From a virus, in IMG/VR virus record IMGVR_UViG_3300037483_000201: a DNA stretch of 54,968 bases; one strand, written 5' to 3'. A program made the position numbers and the translations under genes. The notes under the pieces are model-generated. The model searched no databases. It was not told where the DNA came from and saw nothing but the letters and a program-made list of their open reading frames with translations. Below, in pieces: positions 17,964-24,742 of the stretch. Within the stretch, counting starts at the first letter, position 1; each line of letters starts with the position of its first letter.

Positions 17964-19676
17964 TCACATAACTCCAGGGACGGCTTGCGCCCAGGGCTCG
18001 GTTCGGGGGAGGGGTTTGCTCGGTTTTTTACTCTTAGCAACTGCGGTGACGCTGTACGCCATCACCACGACATCAGCGAGGTTGGTAGATTCAACCCCCC
18101 TCCGTCGCATACTGTCTTTCGACTCAACTTTAATCTTGCCGTTGTCCGTATAGATCCGTTTTGGCCGGGACAGCTCGGATTGCAATTCCGTGATGTTTTT
18201 GCATCGTGAATCTATACTGATCAGATGATCCGGATCGACGTTCAGGACTCGTGCGCCATTCTGTACCTGTTGTATTGCGTGATACGTGGCCTCGAACCGA
18301 TCTCTCAGATAAGACCAGGTTTGTGCCCTGAAATTAACGTAGGTGTCGCGGTTGGTCTTTTCCGTCGATCCCCATGATTCCAGCGACATATCCCCCTCCC
18401 GGTAGGCTTTTTGGATCGTTTGCCGCTTCCTGGCCGGGAGATCGGGGTCCACCACGCCGGCGCTGCCGTGATATCCGACGACCTCCATCCGCCCTACAGA
18501 GAGCCTCTGGAGAGACAATTTCATTGCGGGCGTGCCCATACCGTCTGCGTCGAAAATGAATTTATCGGCCCGGAACTCATCCGCTATATCCACCGCCCAG
18601 GGGATAGCCTGAGTGATATCGCCGTCCCGCTTCTCCCGGGCCTCTTTAATGATCGAGCCGTACCGGTTGGCCACGGCCCGCGCATCACCGGTGTCTGCGG
18701 GGTCAAACGCTGTCACTCGCACTCCCTCCGCGCCGAACCCCAGCGTCACATGTGCATCAATCGCGGCCGACACCCATGGAGCTGGGATAAAAGAGTCCTC
18801 CTGGCTGGCGTTGTAGTCCCGGTCGATCTCCTGTGCCACCGTGACGGCATCATGCTCGGAGATCTGCCTGGCGTACCACGATTGATCCTTGCGTGGATCG
18901 TCGCGCCAATCAAAGATGAACAATTTATCCGTTTTATCCATTCGCATGCGTTTTTTGTAAAACGCATTACCGGTGCCATTGGGAGTCCCCACGTCGATCT
19001 GACAGTTAGTGGTCGCTGATAACGCCCGGTCCACCAGCCCCTGCCGCTCGATTTTTGCCGCCTCGTCCACGATATAGATGGATTTACGCCCACCTCTACC
19101 GATCTCATCGCCGGCCTCCCCGGTGATGGTAGAGCCTATTTCGGGGTTGACGCAGCGCATATACGTCAGGTGTTTTTTGGGGTCGAACCCCTCGGGTAAT
19201 AAAATGGAGGGGAGTGACAGCGTAAAATACCGGATTTTCTCGAAAATCGAATCCAGATCTCCGAGATGATCGACCAGCTGTTCTTTGCGCGAGCCAATCC
19301 CCATCGAAAAACCAGGCTGAAACAGCCATTCACACACGCCAAACCCAACAAACAGCCAGGTTACCCCACAATCCCGGGATTTCTCGCAGAGTCCCCGCTC
19401 CCCTGACTGCCAGCGGGAATATAACCACTGCACGTACTCAATCTGCCTCGGCCACAGGACAAACGGCACATCCGCAGACAGCCCGCGCTCGATATTCCGG
19501 GGGTCCACCGTCATCCCCCAATCGGAAATAAAATCCCAGGGGTGAGCGGTATAGTAGGTACGGAGCATCGCCAGGGCCTGCTCTTTGTTATCCCGGATCT
19601 GATCTGCGAGCCAGGCGATCTTATGCCGCCGGGACTCGTATATATCCGTGTAATCGGGGTGCTGGTAGTCAATCAT
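17964..19676 (-). CDS. terL: terminase large subunit
   Basis: 570 aa. Contains DWGMTVDPRN..LWPRQIEYVQWL, the Walker-A-like CEKSRDCGVTW, IYIVDEAA (Walker B) and a C-terminal nuclease-type region. Confidence 0.85.
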   Translation of the reverse strand: MIDYQHPDYTDIYESRRHKIAWLADQIRDNKEQALAMLRTYYTAHPWDFISDWGMTVDPRNIERGLSADVPFVLWPRQIEYVQWLYSRWQSGERGLCEKSRDCGVTWLFVGFGVCEWLFQPGFSMGIGSRKEQLVDHLGDLDSIFEKIRYFTLSLPSILLPEGFDPKKHLTYMRCVNPEIGSTITGEAGDEIGRGGRKSIYIVDEAAKIERQGLVDRALSATTNCQIDVGTPNGTGNAFYKKRMRMDKTDKLFIFDWRDDPRKDQSWYARQISEHDAVTVAQEIDRDYNASQEDSFIPAPWVSAAIDAHVTLGFGAEGVRVTAFDPADTGDARAVANRYGSIIKEAREKRDGDITQAIPWAVDIADEFRADKFIFDADGMGTPAMKLSLQRLSVGRMEVVGYHGSAGVVDPDLPARKRQTIQKAYREGDMSLESWGSTEKTNRDTYVNFRAQTWSYLRDRFEATYHAIQQVQNGARVLNVDPDHLISIDSRCKNITELQSELSRPKRIYTDNGKIKVESKDSMRRRGVESTNLADVVVMAYSVTAVAKSKKPSKPLPRTEPWAQAVPGVM

Positions 19677-19690
19677 GACGACTCCGGCGC

Positions 19691-20398
19691 TTACTCATAT
19701 TTGCCCTTGCACATCTCTCGGTAAAACCGGGCCGCGTCCTCGGGAGCCACGCCGACGAACGTGATACTGCGGGCGTCAATATTACCAGTTGGGGCAACCT
19801 GACCGGCCTGCGGGTATAGTTTGAGATGTTTCATTGCCTTCTCTAGTGCGGAATTTTTATCACAGTGTTTGATTTTTTTTACATGCCCCACAACACCGCC
19901 ACGTCTACGCATCAGCGCCCCACCATGGCTTTGTGGCTCCATATCCCCATCATCAGAGGAGGCAGCACATATTTCCACCACCTCGAAACCAGCGATTGCC
20001 GCAGAGGTATCATCATCCATTTCATGGATGGGTTTCAGGTTACCACCCTCATCAAACAGATCGCGTGGGTCGAAAAATGCCAGTCTAGCCACCTCGCGTA
20101 ATGTGCGCTCTACAGTCAGCCCTGTATTTTCAGACGCTATACGCAGAACCTCCGCGCTCCGATCCGCTATATACCGCGCCACGTCAACGTTTTTCAGCAG
20201 CCTCTGCCCCTGTGAACCTGCGGTTTTTGCACTAAATCCAGCAGTTATTGCCGCCTGCGTCGCATTCCCACCGTTCGTAATATAGCTCTCACAAAACAGT
20301 TGCCGTCTCTGTTCAACTGATTGTTTTGTTGACCCTCCTGCCCTGGGTGATTTCTGTATTTGTTTTCTTGTCACTGTTTTATTTGCCCGTATTGCCAT
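19691..20398 (-). CDS. terS: terminase small subunit (Terminase_2-like)
   Basis: FCESYITNGGNATQAAITAGFSAKTAGSQGQRLLKNVDVARYI matches the classic small-terminase HTH pattern. The gene is directly upstream of TerL. Confidence 0.8.
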   Translation of the reverse strand: MAIRANKTVTRKQIQKSPRAGGSTKQSVEQRRQLFCESYITNGGNATQAAITAGFSAKTAGSQGQRLLKNVDVARYIADRSAEVLRIASENTGLTVERTLREVARLAFFDPRDLFDEGGNLKPIHEMDDDTSAAIAGFEVVEICAASSDDGDMEPQSHGGALMRRRGGVVGHVKKIKHCDKNSALEKAMKHLKLYPQAGQVAPTGNIDARSITFVGVAPEDAARFYREMCKGKYE

Positions 20399-20445
20399 GC
20401 TTTGCTGTAGGTAACCGCGACACCGGGTTTATCGGCTTACTATAT

Positions 20446-20469
20446 GTTGTATGCGGTCTTGAATACAAC
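20446..20469 (-). promoter_or_regulatory. 7-bp-stem hairpin in the TerS leader
   Basis: gttgtat-N10-atacaac, flanked by direct ctatat repeats, inside the 123-nt gap between the HicB-like stop and the TerS start. Confidence 0.3.
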
Positions 20470-20521
20470 CGCTATATGTAGCGTAGTAAACCACGCTTGC
20501 CGCTGTACGATTTTTACGCAT

Positions 20522-20773
20522 TTAAGCCTGTACGGTATCAACTATACCCGTAAAATCGCTTAAATCGAATCTGGTGCCGTCGCGCTGTGCTGATATAGTC
20601 TCAAAAAACAGTTGGATGGCCTCCTTGAGATTAGCTGTTGCCTCGGCCTCGCCCCGGCCTTGGCTGTGCACGTCCAGGACTTTGCACGAGCTGTACACCC
20701 AGCCGCCGCTCTGAGTGAGCGTGATAGGCACAGTGATAGTGCCGGCAGGCAGGGTGATCTCGATTATCATCAA
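20522..20773 (-). CDS. HicB-like (UPF0150-type) antitoxin-fold protein, no HicA partner seen
   Basis: 83 aa. VLDVHSQGRGEAEATANLKEAIQLFFE resembles the HicB N-domain signature (..GcxsqGxTxeEAlxnxkEAixlxxE). Confidence 0.5.
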   Translation of the reverse strand: MMIIEITLPAGTITVPITLTQSGGWVYSSCKVLDVHSQGRGEAEATANLKEAIQLFFETISAQRDGTRFDLSDFTGIVDTVQA

Positions 20774-20830
20774 TCAATATCCGTTGTCGTCACGATAAAA
20801 AACTTTTGTTGAAATAATTGCATTATTATC

Positions 20831-20858
20831 TTGCATTGCTGTACCTATCTGCTATTAT
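20831..20858 (+). promoter_or_regulatory. sigma70-type promoter for the 20898-23951 early operon
   Basis: TTGCAT (20831-36), a 16-nt spacer, then TATTAT (20853-58), in an AT-rich divergent intergenic region about 40 nt before the first ATG. Confidence 0.5.
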
Positions 20859-20897
20859 TACATCATAGATGTATGTTTTTAACCGTAGGAGAGAGAA

Positions 20898-21167
20898 ATG
20901 CAAATCATTACATCCAAAGACCATTGGACACCAGTAACGGTTTCTATGTCCGCCAGGATATGGGATAACAAAATATGGAAAAAGGAAACCGGTCCCCAGT
21001 ACTTCGGCGGCTATCATATTAAATATGCGAGCCTTAACAGTCGTATAGGCCGCGAATGGCTGATTAGTTTTGGGCATTATAATTCCTGCTGTAATCAGGA
21101 AGTTGTTGATATTGTCGATCCTATCGGGGATCTGCGTCGCAATGGTCTACTGACAATCAATAAGTAA
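20898..21167 (+). CDS. hypothetical early protein (89 aa)
   Basis: AGGAGAGAGA RBS upstream. First gene of the plus-strand block. Confidence 0.6.
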   Translation: MQIITSKDHWTPVTVSMSARIWDNKIWKKETGPQYFGGYHIKYASLNSRIGREWLISFGHYNSCCNQEVVDIVDPIGDLRRNGLLTINK

Positions 21168-21208
21168 TTTTCAATTCACAATACCCGGATAACCGGGGAG
21201 GAGAGAAA

Positions 21209-21424
21209 ATGAGCACAATAGCACAAAGCATCAAAGTATTTTATACGACAATTGAGCGCAGCACCGGAGCAGAAACTTATGATATTACCGGGATGCTCAC
21301 GGAAGCGGAGCAAAAAGGTGAAGCAACCCAAGACTGGGACAACGAGCAAACCGAATTTGATTTCCCGGACGGCTCCGTTTTGATTGTCGGCACAGACTAC
21401 GCAACCGCGTACGGATCACGATAA
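21209..21424 (+). CDS. hypothetical early protein (71 aa, acidic)
   Basis: GGGGAGGAGAGA RBS upstream. Confidence 0.6.
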   Translation: MSTIAQSIKVFYTTIERSTGAETYDITGMLTEAEQKGEATQDWDNEQTEFDFPDGSVLIVGTDYATAYGSR

Positions 21425-21532
21425 CCACCCCAGGCCAAGGATGGCCGGTATGCCCGCTCTAGAGTCGGCATACCCGGAATGGCTGACCGTATCAGCTCAC
21501 AATCCCGGTTATCCGGGAAGGAGAAAAAGACG

Positions 21533-21970
21533 ATGAAACCGACTACATTTAACCCCGATAAATTCATGATTGATGCCGCAACAGATGACCTGCAACAATT
21601 CATGCCGGACTGGCAGCTCGCTACATTACGAGATTTAGCCACGAACAGCGAAGAAAAGGAGTTTTTCATCGTGCGCATGGTTGAGCTGGCTGCTGAAATC
21701 CTGTCCATGCCGAAAACCTACGAGCAGGACGGTAAAGGCGATCAGGCCGTGGCCTACCTACACTATTTCAACACGTCGATGGACTGGTATATCACTGAGA
21801 AGGACACGGAGTCAGATCAGCTACAGGCGTTCGGTTATGCTGATCTGGGTCACGGTTGCCCGGAACTCGGGTATATCTCAATCCAAGAGCTGATAGATAA
21901 CAGTGTTGAGCTGGATCTATATTTTCGGCCGGCCACGATTGAATCAATAAAATTACAGAAAGCGGCTTAA
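21533..21970 (+). CDS. DUF2958-like protein
   Basis: ORF 21479..21970 trimmed to ATG 21533 (GGAAGGAGAAAA upstream). AYLHYFNTSMDWYITEKD..AFGYADLG..ELGYISIQEL..VELDLYFRP matches the DUF2958 pattern known from plasmid and ICE leading regions. Confidence 0.6.
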   Translation: MKPTTFNPDKFMIDAATDDLQQFMPDWQLATLRDLATNSEEKEFFIVRMVELAAEILSMPKTYEQDGKGDQAVAYLHYFNTSMDWYITEKDTESDQLQAFGYADLGHGCPELGYISIQELIDNSVELDLYFRPATIESIKLQKAA

Positions 21971-21994
21971 CAAATCATCAGAGGAGAGAGAAAA

Positions 21995-22423
21995 ATGACC
22001 ACACAAACAAAAATGTTAATAGGCTATGATGCCTATGATTATGTATCTGAGGTATCAGAGACACCCCCACGGGGTTACCCGCCGGTGTCTAGCCTAACAG
22101 AGGCCAAGGTTTTGGGTTACAAAGTTGTACGGCAAACAGTAAGGGACTGTTTGCGCCCTGATGACTCAATTGCTCACCCAGGCGACGCCGGGTATTACGA
22201 GGCACAAATGGGGCGTCTTGGTGTAGCCCCCATGCCGGCAGGCTGGAAATTTGTTGAGCGAGTAAGCAATGTCCTTCTGTGCCTCGTAGATGGTAACCCG
22301 ATTGCCCTTGAGAGTGCCGCAAGACACAACTATCCACGGGCATTAGCCACATCACCGATAGTGCTTAATCTGGGTGAGATCGTGTTAGATGGCCCGATTG
22401 TGGAGGCGCATAATGCAAACTAA
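21995..22423 (+). CDS. hypothetical early protein (142 aa)
   Basis: GAGGAGAGAGA RBS upstream. Confidence 0.6.
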   Translation: MTTQTKMLIGYDAYDYVSEVSETPPRGYPPVSSLTEAKVLGYKVVRQTVRDCLRPDDSIAHPGDAGYYEAQMGRLGVAPMPAGWKFVERVSNVLLCLVDGNPIALESAARHNYPRALATSPIVLNLGEIVLDGPIVEAHNAN

Positions 22424-22592
22424 TCACACACAAATCCGCGGCTCAGCCCGCACTATCGATCATATCGAGCGGTATGCCTGGCTGTACCGGCTACCCTATG
22501 ATCGCTCTGTAAAAATAATCCGGTTCCGCGAGCTGCCAGTCCGGCATCTGAACGCGATCCGGGGGATACTCACAACACAGGAGGCATCATGA
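22413..22592 (+). CDS. hypothetical early protein (59 aa)
   Basis: ORF 22389..22592 trimmed to ATG 22413, with GGAGG 6 nt upstream. Confidence 0.5.
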   Translation: MQTNHTQIRGSARTIDHIERYAWLYRLPYDRSVKIIRFRELPVRHLNAIRGILTTQEAS

Positions 22593-23314
22593 AACTAACA
22601 GCGAAAAAGCTAATCGAGGCCGGATGTTGTAAAGCCGGTGTTAAGAAATATTTTGCAGATCAAAACCGCACGGTCTGGGATGCTGAAAAGCTTTTCAGCC
22701 ACGCCCTGGCCTGCCAAAATTTTGATGATGCGCGCTACGGGCTGGTCCACATGATGACACACTCGCAGCACGTCGCCTGGGCGGTGCACTGTGCGGAGCA
22801 GGTCCTGCATATCTACGAGGCAAAATACCCACAGGATACCAGGCCACGGGCAGCCATCCAGGCCGCCAATATTTGGCTGAAAAATCCAAGCAAAGAGGCG
22901 GCTTATGCGGCTCATGCGGCTCATGCGGCGGCTGATGCAGCGGCTCTTGCGGCTCATGCGGCGGCTGATGCGGCTGATGCGGCGGCTTATGCGGCTGATG
23001 CAGCGGCTGCGGCGGCTCATGCGGCTTATGTGGCGGCTGATGCGGCTTATGTGGCGGCTGATGCGGCTCATGCGGCGGCTTATGCGGCTGATGCAGCGGC
23101 TGATGCGGCTCATGCGGCGGCTGATGCGGCTTATGCGGCGGCTGATGCGGCTGATGCAGCGGCTGCGGCGGCTCATGCGGCTTATGTGGCGGCTGATGCG
23201 GCTTATGTGGCGGCTGATGCGGCTCATGCGGCGGCTTATGCGGCGGCTCATGCGGCTTATGTGGCGGCTTATGAAAAATTGCTCAGGCGCGGGCTGGAAA
23301 TCATACTGACATGA
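22589..23314 (+). CDS. alanine-rich helical-repeat protein (Imm5-like N-terminal region by recollection)
   Basis: 241 aa. The N-terminal ~100 aa (VAWAVHCAEQVLHIYE..DTRPRAAIQAANIWL) is followed by ~125 aa of AA[DHY]AA(A)[DHYL] repeats. Confidence 0.7.
   Translation: MKLTAKKLIEAGCCKAGVKKYFADQNRTVWDAEKLFSHALACQNFDDARYGLVHMMTHSQHVAWAVHCAEQVLHIYEAKYPQDTRPRAAIQAANIWLKNPSKEAAYAAHAAHAAADAAALAAHAAADAADAAAYAADAAAAAAHAAYVAADAAYVAADAAHAAAYAADAAADAAHAAADAAYAAADAADAAAAAAHAAYVAADAAYVAADAAHAAAYAAAHAAYVAAYEKLLRRGLEIILT
22898..23271 (+). repeat. GCN-rich coding tandem repeat with a 156-bp higher-order duplication
   Basis: gcggct(cat/gat/tat)gcg units. The block starting gcggctgatgcagcggctgcgg occurs at 22991 and again at 23147. 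Confidence 0.8.
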
Positions 23315-23565
23315 TGAATAATAATCTCGAAAAATTAACCGCGCTCATGTCAGCGCACAAACTCAAGCGCCGGGATGTCGCGGTGCTGCTGTCGCGTAAA
23401 AACTGTGACAAAACAGAAGTCGATAGGCTCAAGCGCCGTGTTGATTCCTGGTTCTACCACGCCGGCAACCCAGCCAGGCGGGAGATGCCGGATCAGCTCC
23501 TGAGGCTACTGGAGCTGGAGCTGATGTATCTAAACTGCGATGTTTTTGAAAGGAGCAGGCCATGA
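23311..23565 (+). CDS. hypothetical early protein (84 aa)
   Basis: ATGA overlap with the upstream gene. Confidence 0.55.
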   Translation: MMNNNLEKLTALMSAHKLKRRDVAVLLSRKNCDKTEVDRLKRRVDSWFYHAGNPARREMPDQLLRLLELELMYLNCDVFERSRP

Positions 23566-23951
23566 TTATTTATACATGCCAAACTATCCGCACTCTCAGC
23601 GTGTATGAGGCCGTGCAAGCTGGCGAATTGTGTGGGGAACCGGTGTTTAAGGATGTATATTCGAGCGATCCGGTATTCAACTTCAGATATGTCTACGAGG
23701 ATGGCGGCTGGTCCTCCGTAGGTACGCCGCCAGATAGGCCAACCCCCATTGACCCGGCTAGAGACTCCGTGCCTCCAGAATGCGCTATGGATTGCAAATG
23801 GTGGAAAACTTTTAATTTTGACATACAGCAGAATGCTTTGCGTCTAGATGCGGCAAGTATAATAGAAATATATCGCTGTGGTTGGAACTTAAAACCGGGG
23901 GTTATTGGTGGGCATGCTCTTGATTACGCAGCCTGCACGTATCACCGATAA
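23562..23951 (+). CDS. hypothetical early protein (129 aa)
   Basis: ATGA overlap with the upstream gene. Last gene of the block. Confidence 0.55.
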   Translation: MIIYTCQTIRTLSVYEAVQAGELCGEPVFKDVYSSDPVFNFRYVYEDGGWSSVGTPPDRPTPIDPARDSVPPECAMDCKWWKTFNFDIQQNALRLDAASIIEIYRCGWNLKPGVIGGHALDYAACTYHR

Positions 23952-23960
23952 CACAGGATT

Positions 23961-24003
23961 AAAAAAGCCCCGGCCTGAATTTGGGAGGAGAGAGGCCGGG
24001 GTT
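23961..24003 (-). terminator. intrinsic terminator T2 (minus strand; possibly weakly bidirectional)
   Basis: The minus-sense RNA is CCCCGGCC-(18-nt loop UCUCUCCUCCCAAAUUCA)-GGCCGGGG followed by CUUUUUU. Confidence 0.7.
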
Positions 24004-24108
24004 GTACAACACATTAAAAATCCATAATTTGGTAGCAGGGCCGCGAGTCGCACGCGGATCTGGTGCTTATGAGACACCTGAGATACTATTTCTCCACCCT
24101 GCGTCATT

Positions 24109-24158
24109 AAAAAGCCCCGGCCTGTCGAGGATTTGGGAGGAGAGAGAAGGCCGGGGCT
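24109..24158 (-). terminator. intrinsic terminator T1 (minus strand)
   Basis: Perfect 11-bp stem AGCCCCGGCCU/AGGCCGGGGCU, a 24-nt CU-rich loop, then UUUUUAAU in the minus sense. It lies about 100 nt after the RfaH-like stop. Confidence 0.75.
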
Positions 24159-24184
24159 GTACAACAAAAAGGGTTTGAAATTGA

Positions 24185-24196
24185 GTGGCTACCGCC
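24185..24196 (-). promoter_or_regulatory. ops-like element (candidate loading site for the phage RfaH/NusG paralog)
   Basis: The minus-sense sequence GGCGGTAGCCAC matches the first 9 nt of E. coli ops GGCGGTAGCGTG. It lies between the RfaH-like gene stop (24260) and terminator T1. Confidence 0.4.
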
Positions 24197-24259
24197 CGTA
24201 CCGCTTGTCAAGCACGGCCACTCGCTCATATGTAAAACTAGGCTATACATCGTTATTTG

Positions 24260-24742
24260 TCAAGCGGATTCGACCTGCCTGTAAGATAAAATCATTTTTA
24301 TTTCCCGGCCCATCCCCGACAGCAAAACAGCCAGCCGGTCCCGTGGTTTTGCTGTGATCACGGCCTCGTAAAATTTGAACGGGCCATCAAGCACCCGCAC
24401 CCGATCCCCCGGCTCGTAATCCATGCCGGGGATCTCGTGGATGCCCTCGGCGCTCTCTTGTTGCTGTAAATGCTCAATCACGTCATCCGCGATCTGCGCT
24501 GGGTCCTGCCCGAACCGGATGATTTTAAGCAGGCCTTTGGTCGAGCGGATCGGCGTCCAGTCGTCATCACTGCCCATTCCCAAAAAAATATACCCCGGAA
24601 ATAACGGGAGCAACTCCCTGGTCTGCTGCTTTTTGACGTGCCGCCAGGTCAGCGGTAAATACGTGTCGATCCCCTGCTGATTGAGATTTCTTTCCGCAAT
24701 CCGCTCGGCCCCGGATTTCGTCATGGCTACGTGCCAGATCAT
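24260..24742 (-). CDS. RfaH/NusG-family transcription antiterminator paralog
   Basis: 160 aa. Contains W-HVAMTKSGAERIAERNL..QGI, LPLFPGYIFL, IRSTKGLLKIIRFG (NGN domain) and PGDRVRVLDGPFKFYEAVI (KOW). It is collinear with E. coli RfaH. Confidence 0.8.
   Translation of the reverse strand: MIWHVAMTKSGAERIAERNLNQQGIDTYLPLTWRHVKKQQTRELLPLFPGYIFLGMGSDDDWTPIRSTKGLLKIIRFGQDPAQIADDVIEHLQQQESAEGIHEIPGMDYEPGDRVRVLDGPFKFYEAVITAKPRDRLAVLLSGMGREIKMILSYRQVESA

Noticed and set aside
20826-21077. Minus-strand ORF 20826..21077 as the missing HicA toxin partner of the HicB-like gene.
   Set aside because: The sequence has no HicA-like features. It overlaps the promoter and the first plus-strand gene, which has a strong RBS.
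22610-23309. Long ORFs in the other frames of the Ala-rich repeat: minus strand MSRRISRRMSRISR.. (213 aa) and plus strand MRLMRLMRRLM.. (134 aa).
   Set aside because: They are by-products of a GCN-periodic repeat that is open in all frames. Only the 22589..23314 frame has a non-repetitive N-terminal domain, a proper junction with neighbours and an RBS context.
23952-24259. A tRNA or other structured RNA gene in the largest non-coding region.
   Set aside because: No cloverleaf-compatible arms or a GTTCGAATC-type T-loop were seen. The short hairpin ccgcg-N7-cgcgg alone is insufficient evidence.
23981-24357. Two plus-strand ORFs beginning MGGER(R)PGLYN (23981..24178 and 24133..24357), and minus ORF 23889..24167.
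   Set aside because: Their similar N-termini simply reflect translation of the duplicated terminator hairpins. One overlaps the RfaH-like gene antisense. TTG starts lie inside stable stems. The region is better explained as terminators plus an ops-like leader.
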